Shown piece by piece: positions 1 through 10,445 of a stretch of DNA of 60,854 nucleotides (position 1 is its first letter; every line of letters begins with the position of its first letter). Under the pieces are notes generated by a model, which searched no databases, was not told the origin of the DNA, and saw only the letters and a program-made list of their open reading frames with translations. The translations under genes and the position numbers were made by a program. This DNA is from Eubacteriales bacterium. Lineage in GTDB: Bacteria > Bacillota > Clostridia > Oscillospirales > CAG-272. The stretch spans positions 1 through 60,854 of the forward strand of contig JAZRPF010000007.1 of assembly GCA_045649045.1 (NCBI GenBank), given 5' to 3'.

Positions 1-936
1 AATGATATCGTCTTCGATGGCGATATCGTAATTGTGCTTGAATTGCGTGCGATTGAGCTGTCTGCTCTTTTCGGTTTCTGCCACAAAGGCAGCCTTGCGA
101 CGACGCTCCTCCTCGCGCGCTTCGCTGCGGATACGCTTCTGCTCGGCTTTTTCTTCATAGCGCTGCTTGCGTTTCTCGGCACGAAGCGCGATTGCGGCAC
201 GGCGTTCTTCAATTTCCGCCTCTTCTTTTGCTTGACGGAATTTTTCCTTTTGGGCGCGTTCTTCATCGCGAATCGCCTGATTGAGCTGTCGCTTGCGTTG
301 CACTCTGGCTGTTGCCGCATCGCGTATACGCTCTGCCATCAGGCTTGGCGTGAAGCCGCAGGAGATAATTGAGAAGACAACGATGACAAGTGCGGTCAGA
401 ATATAACTGCCAAGCTTGCCAACAAGATTCACAACAAAGAAAGCAATGGTATTGCCAAAAAATCCGCCGCTATTCCACTCATTGCCACCGAAATAAGAGG
501 TCTTCAAATCAAAATGTGTAATGACGGCATGGCTGTTTGCAACGGTATAAACGAGAGAGGGGAAAACCAAAAGAAGCAAAACAACGCTTATACAATGGGA
601 AACAAGACGGTGATTTCTGACATGGCGGCGCCATGAGATGCAGGTGTAGAGAAGAAGAAGCGGCATGATAACAGAGGCGGTTAAACGCCCGAAAAGTCCA
701 AAGGCAAGAGCGCGGAGAATATCCCCGACAATTGCACAGGAGCCGTCAACAAAAAAGCAAATACAAAGGAAGAAGGCAAGAGCGAAAAGCGAGACAGGTA
801 CAATCTGATGAATGGGACGGGACATATCGTCAAAGGCGGGGCGAACCCGCACGCGTGCCTGCTCTGCTTGTTTTGAGGAGTTGCCGACAGAGGTCTTTTT
901 TTGTTTATTCGATGAGGAGGGAAGCTTATTAGCCAT
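1..936 (-). CDS. Probable FtsK/SpoIIIE DNA translocase, N-terminal membrane part (runs off the window edge)
   Basis: Not in the ORF track. Manual translation from ATG at 936 gives MANKLPSSSNKQKK..., several hydrophobic segments (…SGGFFGNTIAFFVVNLVGKLGSYIL…), then a charged linker open to position 1. The motor domain is not visible. Confidence 0.6.
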   Translation of the reverse strand, partial: MANKLPSSSNKQKKTSVGNSSKQAEQARVRVRPAFDDMSRPIHQIVPVSLFALAFFLCICFFVDGSCAIVGDILRALAFGLFGRLTASVIMPLLLLYTCISWRRHVRNHRLVSHCISVVLLLLVFPSLVYTVANSHAVITHFDLKTSYFGGNEWNSGGFFGNTIAFFVVNLVGKLGSYILTALVIVVFSIISCGFTPSLMAERIRDAATARVQRKRQLNQAIRDEERAQKEKFRQAKEEAEIEERRAAIALRAEKRKQRYEEKAEQKRIRSEAREEERRRKAAFVAETEKSRQLNRTQFKHNYDIAIEDDII

Positions 937-1110
937 ATCGGTTCCTTTCGTGATGCCGGCATAATGCGGCAAAATTATGTTACACTATCCATTGTATCTA
1001 TCATATCAAATTTCAAACAAAAAAACAAGGTCTTTTCAAGTATTTTTTATAAATATATAGGTATTATATAGGTATTTCTATTATAAAAGTAATTATTTTA
1101 AGGAGATGAA

Positions 1111-1524
1111 ATGGACAGACAGACAGATACACACGCGAGCAGGGGAGATAAAGCTGTTTTTGGACGCAATCTCTTATGGATCATCCCACTTTCATTTCTC
1201 GCGGGCATGGTTAACGGACTGCTTGGTGCAGGAGGCGGCATCATACTTGTTTTTATGCTATCCTATCTCTTGAAGGGACGCCCTGACGGTCAGAAGGAGT
1301 CATTCGCCCTCTCGTGTACGGCGGTGCTTTCATTCAGCGCGGTTTCGGCAATAACCTATCGTCTGCGCGGCACCTTTTTGTTGAAGGATGCCGCCCCCTA
1401 CCTTGCACCCGCGCTTCTTGGCGGGGTGCTCGGTGCGATGCTTTTACAGCGCATACAGATAGAGTGGCTTAAAAATCTGTTTGCCGTGCTTTTAATTTAT
1501 GGCGGTATTCGCATGATGCGCTGA
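1111..1524 (+). CDS. TSUP/TauE-SafE family permease (half-size)
   Basis: AGMVNGLLGAGGG motif; hydrophobic; RBS aaggag. Confidence 0.85.
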   Translation: MDRQTDTHASRGDKAVFGRNLLWIIPLSFLAGMVNGLLGAGGGIILVFMLSYLLKGRPDGQKESFALSCTAVLSFSAVSAITYRLRGTFLLKDAAPYLAPALLGGVLGAMLLQRIQIEWLKNLFAVLLIYGGIRMMR

Positions 1525-1526
1525 AT

Positions 1527-1575
1527 GCTGAATGAAGAATTCAAAAGCTGAATGAAGAATTCAAAAGCAGAATGG
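1527..1575. repeat. Short tandem repeat, 20-bp unit gctgaatgaagaattcaaaa x2 plus a partial copy
   Basis: Seen directly between the two TSUP genes. Confidence 0.8.
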
Positions 1576-1582
1576 AGTTTTT

Positions 1583-1987
1583 ATGTTTGTTTCGGTTTTT
1601 GTGTCGATAGCAGTCGGGATACTGGCGGGAATGGGTATGGGAAGCGGCGGTATTCTGATGCTCTACCTGACGTTTTTTGCTTCCGTGCCGCACAAGGTGG
1701 CACAGGGCATCAATCTGCTTTTTTTCGTTTTCGCACTTGCAGGCGCAGTCCCGTTCCATCTTGCACGCTACCGTGTGCCTGTCCGTATCCTTCTCGTCAT
1801 ACTTTTACTCGGCATTCCTGGCGCACTTGCAGGCAGTCTGCTCGTCCCTTATTTGCCTGTCGCTCTGCTTCGTAAATGCTTCGGCGGACTTCTGGTACTG
1901 TCAGGAGCTGTGACACTTTTTCGCAGGCAGAAAAAAAACACAGAACAGCCTGAAAAGAAAGAGAAGAAAAAAAGACGGAATGCTTGA
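1583..1987 (+). CDS. TSUP/TauE-SafE family permease (half-size)
   Basis: GILAGMGMGSGG and AQGINLLFF motifs. Confidence 0.85.
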   Translation: MFVSVFVSIAVGILAGMGMGSGGILMLYLTFFASVPHKVAQGINLLFFVFALAGAVPFHLARYRVPVRILLVILLLGIPGALAGSLLVPYLPVALLRKCFGGLLVLSGAVTLFRRQKKNTEQPEKKEKKKRRNA

Positions 1988-2012
1988 CAAACAGGCAGAA
2001 AAGCGATATAAT
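1984..2012 (+). promoter_or_regulatory. Sigma-A promoter for cysE-cysS
   Basis: TTGACA-N17-TATAAT, perfect consensus. Confidence 0.85.
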
Positions 2013-2200
2013 ATATTAGAATGCTTATAGGCAAACAGACGGCGCATGGTGAAGCTTACACGCATAGCCGTCTCAAAGAAATAAAACCGTGGATAAATCT
2101 TTCCAAGGCAAATGTGCAGCTTGACGGTCAGCAGCCGTCATCTCGGCAAGCCGAAAACGCCACAAGGCTTGCGGTGCGTAAGAAAGGAATGGTCATATAT

Positions 2201-2953
2201 ATGATACAAACCGAAAATATCCAAAAAACAATTTGTGAGAGCGTCAAGAAGCTGAAAAAAACCGCCACCTTTAAGGCGGCGTCAAAAATGCTTTGTACTT
2301 GTGTCAAGACCGTGCGCGAGGATGTGCAGGCTTTTCGTGAGCGCGATCCTGCCGCCACCTCTGACCTTGAGGTTCTCTTTCTCTATTCGGGACTTCATGC
2401 GCTCGAAGCGCACCGCATTGCGCATTTTCTCCATAAGCGAGGCTTTCGGCTGTCGGCGCGTGCTGTCAGTCAACTTGCCAAATTCGCGACAGGTGTTGAA
2501 ATCCATCCCGCCGCAAAAATCGGGCGCGGGCTTGTGATTGACCACGGCACAGGCGTTGTCATCGGCGAAACTGCTGAGGTCGGGGATGATTGCACCATTT
2601 ATCAGGGCGTGACGCTCGGCGGTACAGGTAAGGATGTCGGCAAGCGTCATCCAACAATCGGAAACGGCGTCATGATTGGCGCGGGTGCCAAGGTGCTCGG
2701 CCCATTCCGCGTCGGTGATGGCTCAAAGATTGCCGCTAATGCCGTAGTGCTTGAAGAGGTGCCTGAAAACTGTACGGCGGTCGGCATTCCTGCGCGCGTT
2801 GTCAAGCGTGATAATCGCCGTGTTTGCAGTGACCTCGACCAAGTACATATTCCTGACCCTGTGGCGCAGGAGCTGTGCAAGCTGGGTATTCGCATTCATG
2901 AGCTTGAAAAGCAGCTTGAGGCTTTGAGCAAAAAGGGCGGGCGGAAGGCATAA
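2201..2953 (+). CDS. cysE: Serine O-acetyltransferase
   Basis: [37 protein letters not shown]; start chosen from RBS aagga at 2184 (2189 is an alternative). Confidence 0.95.
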   Translation: MIQTENIQKTICESVKKLKKTATFKAASKMLCTCVKTVREDVQAFRERDPAATSDLEVLFLYSGLHALEAHRIAHFLHKRGFRLSARAVSQLAKFATGVEIHPAAKIGRGLVIDHGTGVVIGETAEVGDDCTIYQGVTLGGTGKDVGKRHPTIGNGVMIGAGAKVLGPFRVGDGSKIAANAVVLEEVPENCTAVGIPARVVKRDNRRVCSDLDQVHIPDPVAQELCKLGIRIHELEKQLEALSKKGGRKA

Positions 2954-3015
2954 TCCGCAAGAAAAATTAAAATACAAGAATCATGCAGTCGTTTCACGAC
3001 GGAAAGTAGGCTTTC

Positions 3016-4425
3016 ATGCAGTTTTATAATACACTCCACGCAAGACGCGAGGAATTTGTACCGATTGAAGAGGGAAAGGTCACCATGTATGCGTGTGGCC
3101 CGACTGTCTATAACTTCTTCCATGTCGGTAACGCCCGTTGCTTTGTCGTCTTTGATATGCTCCGCCGCTATCTTGAATATCGTGGCTATGAGGTCAAATT
3201 CGTGCAGAATTTCACCGATATTGACGATAAGGTGATTCGTCGTGCACAGGAAGAGGGCGTCGGGTACAGCGATATTGCCGCCCGCTACATCAAGGAATAT
3301 GAAATTGATGCAAGAGGACTCGGTGTCCGCCCTGCATCTGTCCATCCCCTTGCAACCGATAATATTGATAAAATCATTGAAATTGTGGCGGGACTTGTCG
3401 ATAAAGGCCACGCTTATGCCGTTGACGGCGATGTTTATTTCCGTACCCACACCTGTAAGGATTACGGCAAGCTTTCGGGTATGCCGATAGAGGATCTTGA
3501 ATCAGGCGCACGCATTGATGTGTCGGATAAAAAAGAGAACCCCCTTGACTTTGCGCTTTGGAAGGCGGCAAAGCCGGGTGAGCCTGCATGGGAATCGCCT
3601 TGGGGAGAGGGACGCCCGGGCTGGCATATCGAATGCTCCGCGATGGTTTGCCGCTATCTCGGCGAGACGATTGACATTCACTGCGGCGGTCAGGATTTGA
3701 CCTTCCCGCATCACGAGAATGAAATCGCACAGTCTGAATGCTATACGGGCAAGGATTTTGCTCATTATTGGTTGCATAACGGTTATATTAATATTGACAA
3801 CCGCAAAATGTCCAAGTCGCTCGGCAATTTCTTTACCGTGCGTGAGGTCGCGGAAAAGTACGGCTACCTGCCTATCCGCCACTTCATTTTAAGCTCTCAT
3901 TACCGCAGTCCCATCAACTTCTCGCAGGAAATCATTGAGCAGTCGATGAGTGCGCTTGAACGCATTTTCAACTGTGCAGATGCCCTTGACTTCTTCCTCA
4001 AGAATGCAAGTGAGGAGGCAGTGCGTGAGGACGAGGCAGCACTGATTGCCCGCTTTGACGACTGCCGCACAAAGATGATAGAGGCGATGGACGATGACCT
4101 GAATACAGGCGAGGGCATCGGCGCACTTTATACCTTGATTCGTGAGCTGAATTCGGCAATGAACGGTGCCAATCCCGCCTCCAAGGGCGCGATTTTGCAT
4201 GGCAAGAAGCTCTTTGACGAGCTGTGCGAGTTGTTCGGCTTTGTCCGTGAGGAGAAGACCGATGATGCCCTGATTGCCGAGATTGAGAAGGCAATTGAGG
4301 CGCGTACTGCCGCAAAGAAGGCAAAGAATTATGCCGAGGCAGATAGAATCCGTGCCGAGCTTCTTGAAAAGGGAGTTGTCTTGCAAGATACCCCGAACGG
4401 CACCAAATATCAAATCAATCAATAA
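3016..4425 (+). CDS. cysS: Cysteine--tRNA ligase
   Basis: CGPTVY..HVGN, GRPGWHIECS, KMSKS. Confidence 0.98.
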   Translation: MQFYNTLHARREEFVPIEEGKVTMYACGPTVYNFFHVGNARCFVVFDMLRRYLEYRGYEVKFVQNFTDIDDKVIRRAQEEGVGYSDIAARYIKEYEIDARGLGVRPASVHPLATDNIDKIIEIVAGLVDKGHAYAVDGDVYFRTHTCKDYGKLSGMPIEDLESGARIDVSDKKENPLDFALWKAAKPGEPAWESPWGEGRPGWHIECSAMVCRYLGETIDIHCGGQDLTFPHHENEIAQSECYTGKDFAHYWLHNGYINIDNRKMSKSLGNFFTVREVAEKYGYLPIRHFILSSHYRSPINFSQEIIEQSMSALERIFNCADALDFFLKNASEEAVREDEAALIARFDDCRTKMIEAMDDDLNTGEGIGALYTLIRELNSAMNGANPASKGAILHGKKLFDELCELFGFVREEKTDDALIAEIEKAIEARTAAKKAKNYAEADRIRAELLEKGVVLQDTPNGTKYQINQ

Positions 4426-4690
4426 GACGAATCGGCTGCACGCGCATTTGATTCCATGAAAAATAAGGATGACCAAGAAAAATATGATTTTTTTGGTCTC
4501 CTTTTTCTTTTTTTCGGAAAAGACGGTAAAAACTTTCGGTTGCATTTTTGCATGGAAGGAGTATACTGTTAATATGATGGTGTTGGAGAGGAATTGTCCG
4601 ACAAACCAAAACGACCGACGGGGGCATCGGTCGTTTTTACACAATTACGGGAAAGGGTATTATAGATGAAGAAGCAAGGGTGGTACGGAG

Positions 4691-5287
4691 ATGGAATTGA
4701 TTTTGATAAGCGACAGTAAGCTGAAAATCATGTTGAGCCGACAGGATATGGAACGATACGAGCTTTGCAGCGAAGAAATAGACTATGACAGCACCGAAAC
4801 ACGACGCGCATTCTGGCAGATACTTGATGAAGCCAAGCACAAAACAGGCTTTGATGCCGCAAGAGAAAAGGTCTTTATTCAGCTTTATCCCTCGCGAGAG
4901 GGCGGGTGCGAAATGTATGTGACCAAGGTTGGCGTGATTCCCGCTTTGGCGGCAGAGCTTTCCACACCGCCCGCCGAGGTACGCGTCGGGCGAATCGGGC
5001 ATTATCGCTTTGAAGACGCGGATGCACTTTTGCGGGTTTGTGCAATTTTGCTTTCAAGTGGCTATCACGGAGAAAGCAGTGCCTACCTTCTGGACGACGG
5101 CAGCTATGTGCTTTTAATTCGTGAAATCGGCGGTGCTCACTCGTATGCAGGTGCGCCCGATACATACAGCTTTATTGAAGAATTCGGTACAAGAGAGCGC
5201 GGACAGGATAAAAAGGTTTATCTGAAAGAGCACGGCAAATGCCTTTGCGACGGTGATGCGGTGCAAAAGCTCGGGATATTGCAATAA
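4691..5287 (+). CDS. mecA: Adaptor protein MecA family
   Basis: MELILISDSKLKIML…IQLYPSREGGCEMYVTK; C-terminal EFG…LKEHGK. Confidence 0.85.
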   Translation: MELILISDSKLKIMLSRQDMERYELCSEEIDYDSTETRRAFWQILDEAKHKTGFDAAREKVFIQLYPSREGGCEMYVTKVGVIPALAAELSTPPAEVRVGRIGHYRFEDADALLRVCAILLSSGYHGESSAYLLDDGSYVLLIREIGGAHSYAGAPDTYSFIEEFGTRERGQDKKVYLKEHGKCLCDGDAVQKLGILQ

Positions 5288-5347
5288 AATAGCGTTAATC
5301 ATGCTATCCGATATTGACGCTTGACAGATTTTTTCAGGCACACCATC

Positions 5348-5392
5348 CAAAAAAAGAGGATTTTCATTCCGAAAAATGAAATCCTCTTTTTT
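5348..5392. terminator. Bidirectional intrinsic terminator
   Basis: aaaaaaagaggattttcatt…aatgaaatcctctttttt between convergent genes. Confidence 0.75.
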
Positions 5393-5456
5393 ATATGTTT
5401 TTGCGTTGTTTAATGCTCCTGAAAATCAAAGCACAGTATGCGTGCAGAAATCAAAA

Positions 5457-5912
5457 TTAAGAACGGTTCTTCTCAATTTCGGTTATCATATCCACGCGAA
5501 TTTGATGTCTGCCACCTTCAAATTCAGCATCGAGGAAGGCATCGAGAATATCCTTTGCAAGACCAACGCCCGTGACACGCGCGCCGATGCAGAGCATATT
5601 GGCATCGTTATGCATACGCGTCATGCGTGCGCTGAATGTATCGCCGCAAACAGCCGCGCGAATACCGTCATATTTATTGGCAGCCATGCTCATGCCGATG
5701 CCTGTACCGCAAACGAGAACGCCAAACGCGCCCTGAAGGTCATTTTTCAGCTTATCACAAACAGCCTTGGCATAAACAGGGTAGTGGCAGGAGGCGTCGC
5801 TGTCTGTACCGCAATCCTCAACCTCATAGCCCTTTTCACGCAGATAGGCTGCAAGTTCGTTTTTAAGCTGATAGCCTGCGGAATCAGCGCCGATAATGAT
5901 GTGTCTTTTCAT
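5457..5912 (-). CDS. rpiB: Ribose-5-phosphate isomerase B
   Basis: CGTGIGMSMAANK, HNDANMLCIGAR, FEGGRH. Confidence 0.95.
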   Translation of the reverse strand: MKRHIIIGADSAGYQLKNELAAYLREKGYEVEDCGTDSDASCHYPVYAKAVCDKLKNDLQGAFGVLVCGTGIGMSMAANKYDGIRAAVCGDTFSARMTRMHNDANMLCIGARVTGVGLAKDILDAFLDAEFEGGRHQIRVDMITEIEKNRS

Positions 5913-5937
5913 AGATGCTCCGTTCTCCCGCCGTTTT

Positions 5938-6672
5938 TCAATCGACGGGTACTGTATTTTGTTGTTGTTCTTTTTGCAGTCTTTCACGCTCCGCCTGCGG
6001 CAAGCGCAGGTAGAGGGGAGATAATGACCTGTCGCTCATAAGCTCGCCTTTTTCTAAAACGCGCTCGGCTACCGCACAAACAGAGGATGCGTTTTGCAGG
6101 CGCAGAAGTGGCGGTGTGGGTGAGGGGAAAATTCCCATTTCTTTAAGTGCTTTTGTTGCCACATCATAGCCGTCACCTGCAAGAAACAGAGAGTTATACC
6201 TTGGCAGATGATGACTAATCAATTCGGCAAGCTCGGCGAGGGAGAGTGCGTCATCATCTGTCAGGCGGCGCAGGCATCCATTTTCGTCAGTATCAAAAAG
6301 TGCCGTATAGACCTGATTTCGACGGGCATCCATAACGGCGCAGTAAAGACCGTTCAGGGATAAGAGGCTTTCTGCGATGGCTTCAAGCGCTGAAACTGCA
6401 ATACAAGGCTTATCGGTTCCGAATGCAAGCCCCTTGATGACCGATACGCCGATGCGGACACCTGTAAAGGAGCCGGGGCCGCTTGTGCAGGCGTAAGCAT
6501 CGAGGTCGGGGAGTGTAAGTCCTGCACGCTCAAGGCAATTTTCAATCATTGGCAGGAGATGTTCACTATGGGTATTGCCTGTATCAATTTGCATGGAGGC
6601 AAGTATGTGACCGTCACGGCTGATGGCGGCAGAAGCCGCGCGAGCGGTGCTGTCAATAGCAAGAAGAAGCAT
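5938..6672 (-). CDS. tsaB: tRNA t6A biosynthesis protein TsaB
   Basis: LAIDST, GPGSFTGVRIG, DARRNQVY. Confidence 0.95.
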   Translation of the reverse strand: MLLLAIDSTARAASAAISRDGHILASMQIDTGNTHSEHLLPMIENCLERAGLTLPDLDAYACTSGPGSFTGVRIGVSVIKGLAFGTDKPCIAVSALEAIAESLLSLNGLYCAVMDARRNQVYTALFDTDENGCLRRLTDDDALSLAELAELISHHLPRYNSLFLAGDGYDVATKALKEMGIFPSPTPPLLRLQNASSVCAVAERVLEKGELMSDRSLSPLYLRLPQAERERLQKEQQQNTVPVD

Positions 6673-6686
6673 AAAGGACCTTCCTT

Positions 6687-7151
6687 TTACTGTGATGAAA
6701 GAGATAGGGGAAGAGTATCGGGCAGAACGATGGTGATGCGGCGTTCATTTTCGTCCCCGTCTGTTCGCATTATATCAACAAGAATTGCATCCGCAGGGAC
6801 AACCTCGGGCATTTTTTCTGTCCATTCGGCGAGGCAGATACCCTCACGCGCAAGATAATCGTCAAAGCCGATGCTGTATAAATCGTCCTCATCCGCTAGA
6901 CGATAGAGGTCAAAATGGAAAAGCGGCAGGATGCCCGATTTGTATTCGTTGACCACCGTATAGGTGGGACTGCGTACGGCATTTACCTCAAATGCAGAGG
7001 CAAAGCCGCGTGTAAAGGCAGTTTTGCCGACACCCATCTCGCCGCGTAACGAAATAAACGCACGGCGGATGCCGGCGCCCTTCATAGCTTGCCCCAAAAG
7101 CCGACCGATAGATTCGGATTCCGCGACATTTTTTGAAAGATAATTTTTCAT
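6687..7151 (-). CDS. tsaE: tRNA t6A biosynthesis ATPase TsaE
   Basis: GEMGVGKT, VRSPTYTVVNEY, HFDLYRL. Confidence 0.95.
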   Translation of the reverse strand: MKNYLSKNVAESESIGRLLGQAMKGAGIRRAFISLRGEMGVGKTAFTRGFASAFEVNAVRSPTYTVVNEYKSGILPLFHFDLYRLADEDDLYSIGFDDYLAREGICLAEWTEKMPEVVPADAILVDIMRTDGDENERRITIVLPDTLPLSLSSQ

Positions 7152-7163
7152 AAACACCTACGA

Positions 7164-8366
7164 TTATTCGGGCAAAGAGCTACCGTCAATGAGGCTTCTC
7201 TGTCCGTTTTGTCCCAAAAGCAAAATCAAGGCAGATTCATATTCAAGAGCCGCCCTCTTTGCACGGGCAGAGGGCTTTGCGGAATCATTTTGCAAAACGG
7301 CACGCAAAAGTGTGTTCTTTGGCGTGTCGTCGGGGTCGGTCAGTTCAAGTGCCACCACCGTATAGCCGCTTTTTTCAAGGCGAAGCAGACGGAGAGCATC
7401 TGTCAAAGCCTCGCAAAGCTTGGTGCGAAGCTGCGGATGCCGCGCGACAAAGGAGAGCGGTTCGCAATGAAGATGATTGTTGAGCGCACGGTGACAGCAG
7501 GGAGTTGACAAAATCACACGCGCGCCGAGCTTGATACCTGTATTCAGAACAATGTCGGTGGCAATATCACAGGCGTGAAGCGACACCAAAAGGTCGGGGC
7601 TTTTGTCAGACGGAGCATTCCGCACATCATCACATCTGAATTCCATACCTGTAAAGCCGACACCGACTGCAATTGCACTGCATTCATCAATGACATTTTG
7701 CTTTAAGTCAATGCAAAGCATCTCTACCTCGCGCTCACAAACAAAGGTCAGGTAGTGGTAAAGAGCAAAGCTTAAATAGCTTTTGCCACAGCAAAGGTCA
7801 TAGACTGTCAGGTGCTTATCTTTCGGAAGGTCGGGAATAATGTTCCGTACATGCTCAAGAAAACGGTTAATCTGGCGGAATTTCGCTTGCTTTTTATCGA
7901 AAACGCGCCCTTCAGGTGAGGAAATTCCCAATGCGATAAGGAATGGCTCATTGCCCGAAAGAATATGCGCTTTTTTGCGGTCAATATCTGCGATTGGTGC
8001 CGCCTCTGACTCTTTTTCTGTCAGCGCACGGCGTAGCTTTTCTACGCCTGTCAGTGTGATTTTTCCCTTGCGTGAGCGGAGAAGAATGGCATCGCCCACC
8101 GTTGTGTGCAGATGGATTTGCCCATAGTGAGATACCCATTCCGCAAGCAGAGCATCAAGCATACCAAGTTCATAGTGGCGGTGAATGACGCGCCCACCCT
8201 GCATGACCGATTCCACAGTCAAGAGAAGCTTATCGCCATGCTTTGCCATCCTGCCGCATTGGCGTATGGGAAGTTCGGGCGAATCGGGCTTGGAGGCGGT
8301 CAGGCGCAAAAGGTTGCCGCGCTCAAAGGCAAGTGAAAGAAGGGTATGGAAGGGAGAATAGTCCAT
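7164..8366 (-). CDS. SAM-dependent methyltransferase (Methyltransf_32-like)
   Basis: KFRQINRFLE, DLCCGKSYL, SLHACDIATD, PCCH. Confidence 0.85.
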   Translation of the reverse strand: MDYSPFHTLLSLAFERGNLLRLTASKPDSPELPIRQCGRMAKHGDKLLLTVESVMQGGRVIHRHYELGMLDALLAEWVSHYGQIHLHTTVGDAILLRSRKGKITLTGVEKLRRALTEKESEAAPIADIDRKKAHILSGNEPFLIALGISSPEGRVFDKKQAKFRQINRFLEHVRNIIPDLPKDKHLTVYDLCCGKSYLSFALYHYLTFVCEREVEMLCIDLKQNVIDECSAIAVGVGFTGMEFRCDDVRNAPSDKSPDLLVSLHACDIATDIVLNTGIKLGARVILSTPCCHRALNNHLHCEPLSFVARHPQLRTKLCEALTDALRLLRLEKSGYTVVALELTDPDDTPKNTLLRAVLQNDSAKPSARAKRAALEYESALILLLGQNGQRSLIDGSSLPE

Positions 8367-8376
8367 CTCTTACCTC

Positions 8377-9105
8377 TCAATGACTTGAATGAAAGGAAAA
8401 CTTGTTTTCTTCGCCGTTCATGATGCGGCGAAGATTCTTGCGGTGGCAGAATACAATCAGGAGCGCCGCTGCCATGGCAATCAGCGTGTGGATGCCGTCA
8501 AGCGATGCACCAAAGAAAATGGCAAAGCGGTTCAGAAGCAAGGGATAGAAAAGCGAGCCAATGACCGAGCCGAGCGAAACATAGCGCGTAAATGCGACAA
8601 TGATGATGAAGAAGAGAAGCAAGAGAAGCAGGACAAAGGGGCTTAACATACCCGCTGCGGTTGCAAGACAAAGCACGCCCTTACCGCCTCGAAATTTGTA
8701 GAAGATGGGGAAAATATGACCGACGATGCAGAAAAAGCCTGCGATGTAACCGCCGTAGCCGATACTGAATCCGTAAGGGCCGTAATAAAGTCCCATGAAA
8801 AGACCGCCGACAAATATTGCCAAAACAGTTTTCAGAATGTCACCCAAAAGCGTGAGAAGGGCGGCCTTTTTGCCATAACTGCGCATGACATTAGTGGTGC
8901 CTGCGTTACCGCTTCCTTTTTCGCGGACATCCTCGTGGAAGAAAATTTTGGAAACAATGATGGCACTGTTCACACTGCCGAGCAGATAGGGAATCACGAT
9001 GGTCGCGACGATAAAAACGATTGTAAAGATAAGCAGAGATGTTTCGGACGGATAGGTGATGGTGTACGCTAATCCCTTTTGAAAAAGATTCAGAAATGCT
9101 TGCAT
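8377..9105 (-). CDS. plsY: Glycerol-3-phosphate acyltransferase
   Basis: YLLGS, GSGNAGTTN, GHIFP…FRGGKG, HRKNLRRI. Confidence 0.95.
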   Translation of the reverse strand: MQAFLNLFQKGLAYTITYPSETSLLIFTIVFIVATIVIPYLLGSVNSAIIVSKIFFHEDVREKGSGNAGTTNVMRSYGKKAALLTLLGDILKTVLAIFVGGLFMGLYYGPYGFSIGYGGYIAGFFCIVGHIFPIFYKFRGGKGVLCLATAAGMLSPFVLLLLLLFFIIIVAFTRYVSLGSVIGSLFYPLLLNRFAIFFGASLDGIHTLIAMAAALLIVFCHRKNLRRIMNGEENKFSFHSSH

Positions 9106-9141
9106 AAAAACTCCGTTCTGCCGCTTTTGCGGCGCTTTGAA

Positions 9142-9387
9142 TCAGTTGTCGAAGAGGCGGCGAAGTCGCTCGTCAGCTTTTTTCTTGCGGGTGGCGGTTT
9201 CGTCATCCAAGCGCACAGCTGAAAGAATTTTATCGCCGTCAAGCGTGAGAAGCAGGACATCATTCACGCAAAAATGCGGATAGCCCGCACGGATAAGCTG
9301 GCGCGCTTTCCCCGTATCGTCATCAGAGCAAACAAAAAGGTCGCCTTCGATACGGTCAATCACGGTTTTGACTGTTTTCGTCATCAA
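9142..9387 (-). CDS. DUF3006-like small protein
   Basis: VIDRIEGD N-terminus; RLRRLF C-terminus. Confidence 0.65.
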   Translation of the reverse strand: MMTKTVKTVIDRIEGDLFVCSDDDTGKARQLIRAGYPHFCVNDVLLLTLDGDKILSAVRLDDETATRKKKADERLRRLFDN

Positions 9388-9611
9388 AATATCTTACCGC
9401 TTTTGCGGTAAAGCTCCTTTCTTTTTGAATGGCCACTGATAACAATATGATAACTCTTGATTATTATATCAAATTTGACCGCCATAGTCAAGATTTTACA
9501 AGTAAAAAAGCGCGCCTTTTACTTAAAATATAGATATATGCCGAATTTCCCTTGCTTTTTCCCTTCTTATGTTGTAAAATAACATATAAGCAGAAGCTTT
9601 GGAGGGTATAA

Positions 9612-10436
9612 GTGATGGAATACAGACATATATTGGAGAGAGAGGGGATCACCGAAATCGGTGTTTTACCCATATCTGCCTGTCATATCCTTCATCCGCA
9701 TTTGCTTGCGCGTGCAGAGAAAAAAAGTGGTGCGTGGCTTCAAAGTGTCATCTGCTTTTTGGTCCCTTATTATACGGGAATGGGCGAAAACCTATCTGCT
9801 TATGCAGTATCAGAGGATTACCATCTTTATATGAAAGGTGTTTTTGAGAGAATTTGCCCTCTTCTCAAAAATGTCTATCTCAATCATGAGTTTGTCGGTT
9901 TTGCCGACCATTCGCCCATTGACGAGCGTGATGCTGTCCTTCGCACAGGACTGGCGATGAAGGGGGATAACCGTCTGCTCATTCACCGTGAGTATGGCTC
10001 TTTCTTTTTTGTAGGAGAAATTCTGACAACACTTTCGCCCGAATCACTCGGCTATCGGGGTGAAGTGCCAATTGCGGAGTGCCTGCATTGCGGTGCCTGC
10101 AAGTGCGCTTGCAAAACAGGGCTTTTAGCAGGGAAGAGTGATGAATGTCTTTCGGCGGTGACACAGAAAAAGGGAATGTTAAGTCAGGCAGAAATCAAGC
10201 TGATTCGGGATGCGGGCAGTGCATGGGGATGTGATGCCTGTCAGACGGTCTGCCCCTATAACAAGGGCAAGCTGACGCCGATACCTTTCTTTTATAGGGC
10301 AAGGCTTGCGCGTGTCAGTCGCAAGACGGTTCTTGCAATGAGTGAGGAGGAATTTGCTCGCCGTGCATTCGCATGGCGCGGTAAAGAGACTCTTTTGCGC
10401 AATCTGGATATTCTCGAATCGGACGGGACGGAATGA
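9612..10436 (+). CDS. queG: Epoxyqueuosine reductase QueG family (DUF1730 + 2x[4Fe-4S])
   Basis: SAYA..DYH, DHSPIDER, YGSFFFVGEILT, CLHCGACKCAC, WGCDACQTVCPYN. Confidence 0.85.
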   Translation: MMEYRHILEREGITEIGVLPISACHILHPHLLARAEKKSGAWLQSVICFLVPYYTGMGENLSAYAVSEDYHLYMKGVFERICPLLKNVYLNHEFVGFADHSPIDERDAVLRTGLAMKGDNRLLIHREYGSFFFVGEILTTLSPESLGYRGEVPIAECLHCGACKCACKTGLLAGKSDECLSAVTQKKGMLSQAEIKLIRDAGSAWGCDACQTVCPYNKGKLTPIPFFYRARLARVSRKTVLAMSEEEFARRAFAWRGKETLLRNLDILESDGTE

Positions 10437-10445
10437 GGAGCTTTT

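Noticed and set aside
34-962. Track ORFs 34..372, 681..962 and 732..932
   Set aside because: Alternative frames of the long minus-strand gene starting at 936.
1111-1987. Split TSUP gene as a pseudogene
   Set aside because: Each half has its own RBS and start; paired half-size TSUP genes are common in Clostridia.
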